Shown here: piece by piece, positions 1-9,422 of the stretch | Position numbering within the stretch: the first letter of the stretch is position 1 | How the letters are laid out: each line of letters starts with the position of its first letter | Assembly: GCA_021498095.1 (NCBI GenBank) | Contig: JAIZWK010000001.1 | Coordinates: 4,329,486 to 4,361,485 of the forward strand | Reading direction: 5' to 3' | Length of the DNA: 32,000 bases | Source of the DNA: Candidatus Harpocratesius repetitus | GTDB taxonomy: Archaea; Asgardarchaeota; Lokiarchaeia; Sigyniarchaeales; Promethearchaeaceae | Position numbers and translations under genes: made by a program | Notes under the pieces: model-generated | What the model was told of the DNA's origin: nothing | Database searches by the model: none | What the model saw: only the letters and a program-made list of their open reading frames with translations

Positions 1-1
1 G

Positions 2-1465
2 ATATCCGTCAACTTGAGTAAATATTTCTGAAGTAAATGGATTTTTACCTTGGTGGAATATTTTTTCGCGCAATTCTGAATTGAGATAATCAGGATGGGT
101 TGTATGGATTGCAGTAGCTTCGGAAATCATTCCGTCTACGTATATAGGAACTTGATCAACCATTTTTCGAGACATGAAATCTTCCAATACTACCATAATT
201 TCTTGTGCACGCCCAACAGCCAACACAGGGATGAGAACTTTTCCTCCGCTTCTAATGGTATTATTTAGAATTTGAATAAGCATTTTCTCAGATTCATGCC
301 GACTTGGCATTATATCTTGAACACCACCATATGTTGACTCGGTAATTAGAGTTTCAAGTCGTGGAAATTTACATGAAGCGGCTTCTAATAAACGGGTGCG
401 TTGGAATTTATAGTCTCCTGTAAAAACCAAATTATGTTCCCCATTGCCAAAATGTAAATGAATCATTGACGAACCAAGAATATGACCCGCATTATGAAGC
501 GTGAGTTTAATATCTGGAGTAATATCAGTGACTTTTCCCCATTCCAAGGTATATGTGTGAAGAATTGCTTTTTTAATATCATTTTTTGAATAAGGTGCAG
601 GACGTCCTTCACGAGCGCAAATATTAACATAATCTAATTGAAGCATGGTTGATAAATGCATAGTAGGTTCAGTAGTATATACGGGACCATCATATCCATA
701 TTTGAATAGAAAGGGGATTAAACCACTATGATCTAAATGGGCATGACTAAGTATAACTGCATCAAGATCTTCAATTTTGAAAGTTCCAACATCTAGATAT
801 GGAAACAAATCATCTGAATTTCCAACATTTAACCCGCAATCAAGCAGAACATTGCTCTCATTAGTTTCAATCAGAATGGATGAACGCCCAACTTCACGAA
901 AACTACCCAAACAAGTCATTTTTATATGAAAATCATTTTTTACTAAAGGTCGATGTATACGCCAACCAATTTTGCGGAATATTTCTTTTTGTTCTTGGCG
1001 TTCCTTTTGTAACATCGAACGAACCAATGCAACAGTTCGTGATTCAATAGGAGGTGTTCGAATAACTTGAGGTAACCACATTGTTTCTTTTTTTATAGTT
1101 TTTAGATTTGTTCCTGATTTTCCAATTGCCACTCCGGGTTTTTTTGCTTCAATAATTACTTCCCCTAAGTTTTCATTAAACATAATTTTGGTTACTTCAG
1201 CTTCTTCGGGAATTGTTTTTTGGATAAAAGCTACTGTTTCATCATTAATCATTCGGATCTCAGGGTCACTTCGAACTACGATTCGTTTTCGTAGTTTTTT
1301 GACAAGATTTCGAATTTCCTCACGATCATCACCAATAAAATCCACACTTCGACTGTAAATACTGATTTCAGGTCCTTCAAATTGAACTTCAGTTATTTTA
1401 GCTGATTTAGGAAGAGAATCAAAAATATCTTGCTTCATTTTTTCCAATGCTTCTTCAGTACTCAT
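2..1465 (-). CDS. fttA: aCPSF1/FttA beta-CASP ribonuclease (KH domains + metallo-beta-lactamase), runs off the left edge
   Basis: Not in the ORF track; translated by hand from ATG at 1465: MSTEEALEKMKQDIF..., KH motif KPGVAIGKSG, then GSFREVGRS, LLDCG, SHAHLDHSG, AGHILGS, FTGDYK, ESTYG, PVLAVGRAQE. Confidence 0.95.
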   Translation of the reverse strand, partial: MSTEEALEKMKQDIFDSLPKSAKITEVQFEGPEISIYSRSVDFIGDDREEIRNLVKKLRKRIVVRSDPEIRMINDETVAFIQKTIPEEAEVTKIMFNENLGEVIIEAKKPGVAIGKSGTNLKTIKKETMWLPQVIRTPPIESRTVALVRSMLQKERQEQKEIFRKIGWRIHRPLVKNDFHIKMTCLGSFREVGRSSILIETNESNVLLDCGLNVGNSDDLFPYLDVGTFKIEDLDAVILSHAHLDHSGLIPFLFKYGYDGPVYTTEPTMHLSTMLQLDYVNICAREGRPAPYSKNDIKKAILHTYTLEWGKVTDITPDIKLTLHNAGHILGSSMIHLHFGNGEHNLVFTGDYKFQRTRLLEAASCKFPRLETLITESTYGGVQDIMPSRHESEKMLIQILNNTIRSGGKVLIPVLAVGRAQEIMVVLEDFMSRKMVDQVPIYVDGMISEATAIHTTHPDYLNSELREKIFHQGKNPFTSEIFTQVDGY

Positions 1466-1679
1466 AAAATTTCACTTGTTGTATTAAATAGCTGCTTTAT
1501 CTTGTTTTTATTATATCTATTAGTATTATTAGGAGCATAAATAACAATTAGAATAATTATAACATTTCTGCAAACAACCAAATTTGCAGTATGCATTCAC
1601 AAACTTCTCTAAAAAGAAGACAAGTTGTACAAGGAGTGCAAACATAAAAACTTTTTTGTGTTTAACAAGAGAATAAGAT

Positions 1680-2552
1680 ATGGAAATTAGTGGGACCACT
1701 CAAGTTGTTGGGATCATTGGCAATCCCATCGAGCATGTATTATCCCCAATTATGCATAATGCCGTTTTTGATGCCCAAAATTTAGATTGGGTATACATTC
1801 CTTTACAAGTTTCTCAAATTAATTTAAAACAAGTGGTTTTTGGATTGAAATATTCTTCCTTTCGAGGATTCAATATTACAATTCCTCATAAAGTGAATAT
1901 TTTACCTCTATTGGATGAAATTGAACCACATGCCAGGCAAATTGGTGCAGTAAACACGGTAAAAATTGTTGATCATAAACTTATTGGAAAAAATACTGAT
2001 GGAGAAGGTGCGCTACAAAGTTTGATTGATCACGATTTTCCATTGAAACACAAGAAAATTACAATCTTAGGTGCAGGTGGGGCAGCGCGGGCAATATTTT
2101 ATTATGTATTTGAATATTCCAAGAATATTTGCATTATAAACCGATCACAGAGCCGATTATCAAATTTTTTAAAGGAAATTAGGATAAATACGACAATCAA
2201 GGATCAAACTGGGAATATATCAGGATTACTTTTCGATGAACATGAAATAGTGAAAAAAAGAATTGAAGATTCAGATTTGATAATAAATACAACACCTGTT
2301 GGAATGTATCCTAAGAAAGACCAAAGTCTGATTTTAAAACAATGGTTAAAACCTCATAATGCAGTTTTTGATGTAATATATACACCGATAAAAAGTAAAC
2401 TTTTGAAGGATGCAGAAGAAATCGGTTGTAGAATATTAAATGGAATAGAAATGTTGATCAACCAAGGTGCTTTAGCATTTGAATGGTGGACAAATCAAAA
2501 AGCAGATAAGGAATTGATGAAAAAAATGATTATTCAATTTTTAAAGCAATGA
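1680..2552 (+). CDS. aroE: Shikimate dehydrogenase
   Basis: GNPIEHVLSPIMHN, GFNITIPHK, GAVNT, NTDGEG, GAGGAAR, NTTPVGM, DVIYTP, MLINQGALAF. Confidence 0.96.
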   Translation: MEISGTTQVVGIIGNPIEHVLSPIMHNAVFDAQNLDWVYIPLQVSQINLKQVVFGLKYSSFRGFNITIPHKVNILPLLDEIEPHARQIGAVNTVKIVDHKLIGKNTDGEGALQSLIDHDFPLKHKKITILGAGGAARAIFYYVFEYSKNICIINRSQSRLSNFLKEIRINTTIKDQTGNISGLLFDEHEIVKKRIEDSDLIINTTPVGMYPKKDQSLILKQWLKPHNAVFDVIYTPIKSKLLKDAEEIGCRILNGIEMLINQGALAFEWWTNQKADKELMKKMIIQFLKQ

Positions 2553-2594
2553 ATATTTATTCATGGAAAAAAAGTAAATATTTAAAGTAGCGAT

Positions 2595-3212
2595 TTACAT
2601 TCCAAAGAAATCACTCGGTTTAAGAAGATGTGGTTCTTTTTTATCCTTCTTTTTCTGCTTCTTTTTCAAATGTTCTGGCACATAACCATAGACACTTATA
2701 ATTTGATCCCGTTCTTCTTTGGTCAGTCCATCATCGTTTTCATCTTCATCTTCTTCTTCATCATCAGCTACTGAATAAGAAGAGGAAATACCAGAAGAGA
2801 TCTGTGTTTTCTTTCCTCCTTTTGATTTCTTTCGTTTTCCACCTGAAAGTGAGATTTCTCCTCCAGATAACATTTGAAGTTCACGCATAATATTTTCTAA
2901 ATTAATGGCTTGGATACTTTTTCCCATAGTATTTTGAATATCTTGTAAAGCTTTAGAAGTCTCAATGATACTATCGGGTTTGATTCCTGTTAATAATGAA
3001 TCTAAAGATTCTTCCACCGTTCTTCTTAATGAATTCAAACTATTATTTATTTTTCCCCAATCTTCATTCATATTTTTCTCGATTTTCCTAATATAGTCGA
3101 TTACTTCATTTGTAAATTCCGTATGATTTTCCCAATGGTCTTGATCTTGTGAACGGATTGAAGAGACCAACATAATTAATTGACGAATTTCTTTTTTCAA
3201 TTCTTCGGTCAT
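2595..3212 (-). CDS. Hypothetical protein: helical/coiled-coil N-half, Lys-rich and acidic low-complexity C-half
   Basis: 208-aa ORF; ATG at 3212 (MTEEL) preferred to GTG at 3221; no family recognised. Confidence 0.75.
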   Translation of the reverse strand: MTEELKKEIRQLIMLVSSIRSQDQDHWENHTEFTNEVIDYIRKIEKNMNEDWGKINNSLNSLRRTVEESLDSLLTGIKPDSIIETSKALQDIQNTMGKSIQAINLENIMRELQMLSGGEISLSGGKRKKSKGGKKTQISSGISSSYSVADDEEEDEDENDDGLTKEERDQIISVYGYVPEHLKKKQKKKDKKEPHLLKPSDFFGM

Positions 3213-3380
3213 AAGAATCACTTTTTTCTGCTTTGATACTGTGATTTTTTTTTCTACATTATATTATTGACGGATATACCATAAAAAAATGTGCTTAAGA
3301 ACGTGATATTCAGATCGATTTATAATTTGTGGGAAAAATGTCGCAATTTTTAATACAATAGTTCTATGAAAATATAAGAG

Positions 3381-3417
3381 TGTCAATAACATTGAGCAAT
3401 TTTTTGGTAAATTGACA
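3381..3417. promoter_or_regulatory. Inverted repeat TGTCAAT-N23-ATTGACA upstream of the AbrB-family gene
   Basis: Perfect 7-bp arms at 3381-3387 and 3411-3417; function inferred only from position. Confidence 0.35.
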
Positions 3418-3557
3418 TCTTTGAATGAAGAAATTCTCCCAGAGAAGAATTTCTACCCAAAATATTCTCGACTGAAAGAAAAAAGCATAAGCTTTTTAAG
3501 GTTCTTTAACCCATTTTTACTCACCTTTATTTCTGCTCGACTTAATGAGGGACATAA

Positions 3558-3971
3558 ATGAAAGAAACTGAAATATTAAAAATTGATTCCCGCGGCCGAA
3601 TTGTCATTCCACGTTCCATGCGCAAAGGATTAGGTTTAAAAGAAAACTCACACATTATGCTAATTTCAAATCCAGAAGAGAATGAATTACGTATAATTCC
3701 TTTACCGTTTAGTGAAGAAAATCAAACATTTATAAAAATACGAATTATTATTCAAGATGAACCTGGAGCTTTAGGACAAGTTGCGAAAGTTTTCGGTGAT
3801 TTGAACCTTTCTTTATTGTATGGTCAAGAAGTAGTGATAAAAAAAGGCCAGGAAGCGGAGTGGAATGTAATTTCTCCGTTTCCGAATATTTCTTTGGAAG
3901 ATTTTAAAAAAATGATCATTGAAAAAGGTGGGGCTAAAAAAGTCACCATTGAATTACCAATGAAATCATAG
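3558..3971 (+). CDS. AbrB/SpoVT DNA-binding domain + ACT-like domain regulator
   Basis: KIDSRGRIVIPRSMRKGLGL (AbrB motif); IQDEPGALGQVAKVF (ACT motif); GAGG 5-6 nt upstream. Confidence 0.88.
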   Translation: MKETEILKIDSRGRIVIPRSMRKGLGLKENSHIMLISNPEENELRIIPLPFSEENQTFIKIRIIIQDEPGALGQVAKVFGDLNLSLLYGQEVVIKKGQEAEWNVISPFPNISLEDFKKMIIEKGGAKKVTIELPMKS

Positions 3972-3983
3972 AGAGGAAAATCT

Positions 3984-5303
3984 GTGCCGGTAGAACGTTA
4001 TCTTCATGGGATTTGGAGATTTTGCCCTGATCCAGATGATTTAGGAATCACGCAAGAATGGATGATGCAAGAAAACCAGCCATATTTGGAAGAAAAAACA
4101 CGAATAATTGTTCCAAGTTGCTGGAATCGATCAACTTGGAAAAAGTATGCTAATTATTCAGGTGTTGCTTGGTATTGGCGAATCTTTCGTGTTCCTCCTC
4201 AATGTCATGATCATCCAACATATATAGTTTTTGATGGAGTAGCGCATTCAGCTAAAATATTCATTGATGGAAAAGAAATCGGTTCATTTTCAAGTGGGTT
4301 TCTTCCCTTTGAAATTGATATTTCTGAGTTTGTTGATGATCAAGACCATTTTTTAGCTGTTCGAGTTGACAACTCCAATTCTACCACGCGATTTCCGTTA
4401 ATTCCGGATGTTCAATCATATGGTGGGATTTTCAAAGATGTTAAAATAATTTCTCATGAATATATCATTATTGAAGAAAGAAGTATTGAAACAATTTTGA
4501 ATTTTAATGATTCAAATAAAAGAATTCGCAATGCTGAATTAACTTTAAGCCTTTATCTTAGAAATCGTTCTGATTTCGATATACAAGGTAAAATTTCAAT
4601 TACTATAAGCCGAGACTATGTTCCAGTGGTTGAAATTGAGAAAGATATCGAAATTCTTAAACAAAATAGTAGATTGTCTAAAACTTTAATCCATATTGAT
4701 GGAAATAATTTAGATTTGTGGACACCAGATTCACCAAATTTGTACAATTTTAAAATATCTTGTTTTAATGATGAATTAGGAGAAATTTTTAATATTGAAG
4801 ATATTATTGGTATCCGAGAAATTGAAGTTTCAGAAAATAACATTATGATAAATGGTAAAGAAATGAATCTAAAAGGAACAATCTTTCCGATTGATCTTCC
4901 TGAATATGGGTATGCACTTCCCGCTCAAAAAATTCATGATATGCTTTTGGAGATTAAAGAAAAGGGTTATAACATTATTCGTCCAAATCAAGGTGTTTTT
5001 GATAGAACAATAATTGAATTGGCTTCGCGCATAGGAATTCTTGTAATTAATGATATTCCCATAATTTCTCTTTCATTGTTGGAAAAGCAGCAATATTTTA
5101 ATTTATTTGCTAATTCAATTACGTTTTTACCCGCTTTGGCATTTTACAGCGTTAATCCAAATATTAATATATCTGAAAGTAAAGTACGTAAAAGTTTTGA
5201 AGATATTCAGAAATTATTCACAAATAGATTAGATCCGAGTAGATATATGTTAGCCCGAGGAATGTTCGGAATAGAAAAGTGGGATAATTATTTTAATTCT
5301 TAA
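3984..5303 (+). CDS. Glycoside hydrolase family 2-like protein, C-terminally short and probably non-catalytic
   Basis: GH2 sugar-binding domain (VPSCWN, GVAWYWRIF, FDGV, GFLPFEIDIS, YGGIF), Ig-like domain (LWTPDSPNLY, GIREIEV, INGK), then a partial TIM barrel. GTG start with GAGGA upstream. Confidence 0.85.
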   Translation: MPVERYLHGIWRFCPDPDDLGITQEWMMQENQPYLEEKTRIIVPSCWNRSTWKKYANYSGVAWYWRIFRVPPQCHDHPTYIVFDGVAHSAKIFIDGKEIGSFSSGFLPFEIDISEFVDDQDHFLAVRVDNSNSTTRFPLIPDVQSYGGIFKDVKIISHEYIIIEERSIETILNFNDSNKRIRNAELTLSLYLRNRSDFDIQGKISITISRDYVPVVEIEKDIEILKQNSRLSKTLIHIDGNNLDLWTPDSPNLYNFKISCFNDELGEIFNIEDIIGIREIEVSENNIMINGKEMNLKGTIFPIDLPEYGYALPAQKIHDMLLEIKEKGYNIIRPNQGVFDRTIIELASRIGILVINDIPIISLSLLEKQQYFNLFANSITFLPALAFYSVNPNINISESKVRKSFEDIQKLFTNRLDPSRYMLARGMFGIEKWDNYFNS

Positions 5304-5353
5304 TTAAATTCAAAATAAAAGATCATAATTTGTTAATAGAGGTAATAAATTCG

Positions 5354-6394
5354 ATGGAATATGATTTTGAAAACCCAAGACTATTAATTGTTGGAGCAGG
5401 AGCTATTGGCGGTGTTTGTGCAGGATTCTTAACTCAAAGTGGTTATCATGTTGATTTAATTACAAAACATGAAGAGCTGGCTTTTAAAATCCAGACTGAA
5501 GGAATCCAAGTTTTAAGCCCACACGGTCAATTTCAAATTAAAATTCCCGCATTTCCAAACATGGAAAAAATAGAAGGAAAATATGACTTAATCTTTATGA
5601 CTGTAAAAGCAACTGATTTAAAAGAAGCAGTACGTGCAGTAGAACCATTCATGCACAGTAATTCGGCAATTGTAACTTTAGAAAACGGAATATGTGAAGA
5701 TATGGTTGCTGAAATGGTCGGACAAGCCCGTGTTATTGGATGTATTGTAGGATGGGGTGCAACCATGCATTCCCCAGGTATTGTCGAGATGACATCTCTT
5801 GGAGAATTTGTTATTGGTAATCTGGACAATTCAATAGACAAGCGCGTGGAGAAAGTTCAAGAAATCCTCTCTGCAGTCAATCCTTGTTATATTTCTCAGA
5901 ATATTTATGGAACATTATATTCTAAATTGATAATTAATTCATGCATTACTTCGTTGGGTGCAGTATGTGGATTGTATTTGGGTGATATGCTGGCGTCTAA
6001 ACAAGTTCGTCGTATTTTTATTGAAATTATACGAGAAAGTATTACAGTGGCAAATGCAATGAATTTACAAGTAGAAGTTTATGGGGGAAAACTCAATTAT
6101 TATGAATTTCTCAAAGGAAATGGGATCTTTGCCGAATTACGCCGTCACCTTTTAATTCGAATCATTGGTTTGAAATATAAAAAATTAAAATCATCAAGTT
6201 TACAAAGCCTTGAGCGGGGAAAGAAAACTGAAATCGATTATTTGAATGGATATATTGTTAAACAAGGCGAAAAACACAATATTGCCACACCTGTTAACAG
6301 TTTAATGGTTAAGATAATTAAAGAGATAGAAGCAGGAAAAAGGGAAATAAGTAAAAAAAATTTTGAGGATTTCTTAGATTTGATTAAGAATTAA
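5354..6394 (+). CDS. panE: Ketopantoate reductase (ApbA/PanE family)
   Basis: IVGAGAIGG, TVKA, TLENG, KLIINSCI, SSSLQSLERGKKTEIDYLNG. ATG at 5354 with GAGGT upstream preferred to TTG at 5330. Confidence 0.9.
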   Translation: MEYDFENPRLLIVGAGAIGGVCAGFLTQSGYHVDLITKHEELAFKIQTEGIQVLSPHGQFQIKIPAFPNMEKIEGKYDLIFMTVKATDLKEAVRAVEPFMHSNSAIVTLENGICEDMVAEMVGQARVIGCIVGWGATMHSPGIVEMTSLGEFVIGNLDNSIDKRVEKVQEILSAVNPCYISQNIYGTLYSKLIINSCITSLGAVCGLYLGDMLASKQVRRIFIEIIRESITVANAMNLQVEVYGGKLNYYEFLKGNGIFAELRRHLLIRIIGLKYKKLKSSSLQSLERGKKTEIDYLNGYIVKQGEKHNIATPVNSLMVKIIKEIEAGKREISKKNFEDFLDLIKN

Positions 6395-6624
6395 TAAAGA
6401 ATTGATTGAAAAATGGTTAATTATAAGTAAAAAATTAAATAATTTTTATATATGAGCCTTTATCAACATTTGATAGATTAATAAAAAAATAAAAATCCTG
6501 CATAATTTACGCATTTACCAATATTCCATCCAAATTTGAAATTTGTCGATCAAAAATTTAGAACTTTTTTTATCAAATTCTACGAAAATTTGATTAAAAA
6601 TAGTCAAAAATCGACTCATAATTA

Positions 6625-6705
6625 CATTTTCTAAAGTTCATCTTTGCCGACTGAAATAAATCTTGGATAAGTTTGATTATTGTCGGAAAATGAATGATTA
6701 AAATG
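6625..6705. repeat. Long imperfect inverted repeat in the convergent panE/GNAT gap
   Basis: CATTTT/AAAATG, TTCAT/ATGAA, CCGAC/GTCGG and AATA-ATC/GAT-TATT pair in nested order. Confidence 0.55.
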
Positions 6706-6747
6706 GGAATTCTGTCAAAAATAAAGAAGTTGCTAGAACCTCATATT

Positions 6748-7668
6748 TCATTCAATTTTTTTTTCAAATAAAAGAACACCAGTCTCACGATCTTCATCAT
6801 ATTTAAAACCTAATTGGAGAAAATAACGCGCTATCTCTTTAGGAATAAATACAATAACATAATCTATTTCTGTATTAGGTGAAGAATGGTAACACTTGAT
6901 ATATGTAATTAGAAGATCATATGCATTCTTAGGTTTTCCATATAAAGTGCACCAAATATGAGATTTTTGAGGACCTTCATGAAATTCTGATGAGTTACAT
7001 GTTTCGACACGTAAAAATGCATGGTCACTAGAATACCATTGGAAATCCTTCCCAATTTTTTGAAAAAATTGAAGACTGTTGGGAAAATAAGAAAATCCAG
7101 TGTTAATATCATCTGGTTTTTCTTCTAATTTAGAAGATACAAATTTAAATGCTTCATCAGGTGTAAGTTCAGAAATATTTTCATTAATTTCAACATCATC
7201 TAGCTTTAATTTGCTAACTTCAGCATTTAGAAAAATCATAGTATTTTTTGTTGTAAATCCATAACGACTTGCCAAAGCGATAGATCCTACATTCTCACTA
7301 TATGTTGCATATTGAATAATCTTACAACCTCGATTTATTGCTATTTGAATTGCATGTTCTGTTAAAATTTTACCTATTCCCATTTGCTGATAAGATTTTT
7401 TTACTCTTCCTCCTTCCATCCAAGCATTTTTTTCGCTAAGAAATTTCACCCTTCCAATTGCGATTAATTCTATTATTGATTCTTTAGATTCAGAATATTT
7501 TGGTAAAAAAATACCATATGTATATCCATCTGGATCTTTAAGCCATGCGTGAAAGACTTTTGGGATATAATCTTGACCGTCCCAAATATCTTTTGAGATT
7601 TCTTTAACTTGGGGAAGATCTTCTGGTTTTAATTTACGAAATATTAATTTCGAGTAATCAATCTTCAT
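6748..7668 (-). CDS. GNAT-family N-acetyltransferase
   Basis: WMEGGRVKKSYQQMGIG (acetyl-CoA motif A), ENVGSIALASRYGF; ATG at 7668 preferred. Confidence 0.88.
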   Translation of the reverse strand: MKIDYSKLIFRKLKPEDLPQVKEISKDIWDGQDYIPKVFHAWLKDPDGYTYGIFLPKYSESKESIIELIAIGRVKFLSEKNAWMEGGRVKKSYQQMGIGKILTEHAIQIAINRGCKIIQYATYSENVGSIALASRYGFTTKNTMIFLNAEVSKLKLDDVEINENISELTPDEAFKFVSSKLEEKPDDINTGFSYFPNSLQFFQKIGKDFQWYSSDHAFLRVETCNSSEFHEGPQKSHIWCTLYGKPKNAYDLLITYIKCYHSSPNTEIDYVIVFIPKEIARYFLQLGFKYDEDRETGVLLFEKKIE

Positions 7669-7784
7669 ATGTAAGAAAAGCTTCAAGAATATTAATTTTT
7701 TTTTTTAATTGTTAAGAGTTATTGATGAGATTTAGCTTTTTTAAGATGTACAAAATAGGTGGTTATTTAGATTTAAAGTATTCC

Positions 7785-8579
7785 TTATTTTATTTCATTT
7801 TCATTTAAATTTGTATAAAATGCTTCATTACTTGAATCTTCAAGTGAATTTGTAGACTTTTTCTCTTTTTCTTTTTTTATAGTTAAATCAAAAAGTGATT
7901 CTTTGATTATTTTTGTAATACTCCGTCGAATTTCTCGTATAAATATTTCTAAGTCCTTCTTTATTATGAAATTCAACCAATTAGATTCTAAATATTCAAC
8001 AATTCGTTCAATTGCTTTTGGTTCACGCTCTAATCGATATAAAATCTGAAATTCTCCTTCAGATAGTGGAGTACCATCTTCATGAACCCAACGAGACTTT
8101 AAACTGTTTTTAATTAATTGAACAAATTCTTTTCGAGGGCTAGACATCTTTAATTCTGGGTAAGGTTTAATTAATTGTTGCCAGTTTTTACGAAAATTGG
8201 AGTAGGGTATCCGTAGATCAGAAGTTAATTGAAAGTATGATTCATTTCTAATTCGCTGATACAATAATTGTCGATCAAATTTCAAACGTAATTGATTTTT
8301 CATAGAATTAAAATAAGAAAAGATGGCGTTATCTAGCTCTTTATTCTCAGTGTGATCCAATTCCCAAATTTTCTGAAATAAGATTTCTAGGGTTAGCTTA
8401 TCGATTTGAATATTAAAATTACCAATTTGGAGAGCTAGACTTGATTTTGCTTGTTTTCTTGTAGTAGAAATAGATGAAGTTTTCTTTCTTACTGTTTTTT
8501 TTTTACGATGTGATTTCTGTTTTTTTTTTTCAGCTTTTGCCCGTTCTTCTAATAAGCGTTGAATTTCATCCAATGACAT
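7785..8579 (-). CDS. Hypothetical protein with basic N-terminus, possibly nucleic-acid binding
   Basis: 264-aa ORF overlapping the upstream gene by 14 nt; no family recognised. Confidence 0.72.
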   Translation of the reverse strand: MSLDEIQRLLEERAKAEKKKQKSHRKKKTVRKKTSSISTTRKQAKSSLALQIGNFNIQIDKLTLEILFQKIWELDHTENKELDNAIFSYFNSMKNQLRLKFDRQLLYQRIRNESYFQLTSDLRIPYSNFRKNWQQLIKPYPELKMSSPRKEFVQLIKNSLKSRWVHEDGTPLSEGEFQILYRLEREPKAIERIVEYLESNWLNFIIKKDLEIFIREIRRSITKIIKESLFDLTIKKEKEKKSTNSLEDSSNEAFYTNLNENEIK

Positions 8580-9117
8580 TAAAATTTTCCTCCATTATCG
8601 CGAGAATTTCGAGTAATTGCTCTTTTTCTTCAAGTTTGAGCCCAAAATTAAGATCTAAGAATTTTTGGAGCAAATTGACATCTGATATCTCAGTCGCAAT
8701 TTTTGAAACATTGCGATCCATTTCATCTAATTTTGTTAAAAAATAATATACCTTAGAAAAATCAAGAATTTTTGCAGGAGAATTTTGTTTTCCACTTACA
8801 TCATTTGTTTTTTGTGATATATCTACCTTAATTTCTTCTAAACGATCAAATGAGGGCGCTCCTTTAATTGCAATTAGGGTTTTAAACTTCTTTTTTTGAG
8901 GATCAAAGATTCCTTCAAGATGAATTTTTGATTCAGGTTGAGCATGTAATCGTAATAATGTTCCTCTTGTTGCTCCAAAAGACCATTTCATAGATTTTGA
9001 AAGACCATAAATAGTTATCGGTAATTTATCATCATTTTCTCTAAGCCAATTTAACATGGATTCTTCATTTGCTCGAGCAACTTTTTCTTTTGGATGAATT
9101 GGATAGTTTGTATTCAT
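8566..9117 (-). CDS. Hypothetical protein with possible N-terminal winged helix-turn-helix
   Basis: 183-aa ORF; PITIYGLSKSMKWSFGATRGTLLRL has HTH-like periodicity, followed by a beta-hairpin-like segment. Confidence 0.65.
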   Translation of the reverse strand: MNTNYPIHPKEKVARANEESMLNWLRENDDKLPITIYGLSKSMKWSFGATRGTLLRLHAQPESKIHLEGIFDPQKKKFKTLIAIKGAPSFDRLEEIKVDISQKTNDVSGKQNSPAKILDFSKVYYFLTKLDEMDRNVSKIATEISDVNLLQKFLDLNFGLKLEEKEQLLEILAIMEENFNVIG

Positions 9118-9422
9118 ATAAATAATGATTAAATTTTAGATATATATTTTTTTTCTTAAATATATATTTTAATTCTCATTTTTGAAATTTATATTATTTC
9201 AATTAATTTAAAGTATTAATTTTAATTAGAATATATATTTTAAAAAAAATTTTCGAATAATAAATTTGTATTTAGAATTTATATTAAGTTCTATAGAAAA
9301 GGTACAAAATATATATTTTTTAAAAGAAATTCAATGAATTTTATTGATTCAAAATTTCGGAGTTGTAATTATTCATATTGAAAAGCATAAGTTTTTTTTA
9401 TTTTCGATCCCGTTCAATACCT

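Noticed and set aside
3470-6656. Shared 9-mer CGACTGAAA in two intergenic regions (about 3470 and 6648)
   Set aside because: Too short with unrelated flanks; chance is plausible in 32 kb.
9118-9377. Replication origin
   Set aside because: No ORB G-string motif and no cdc6/orc1 or whiP gene in the window.
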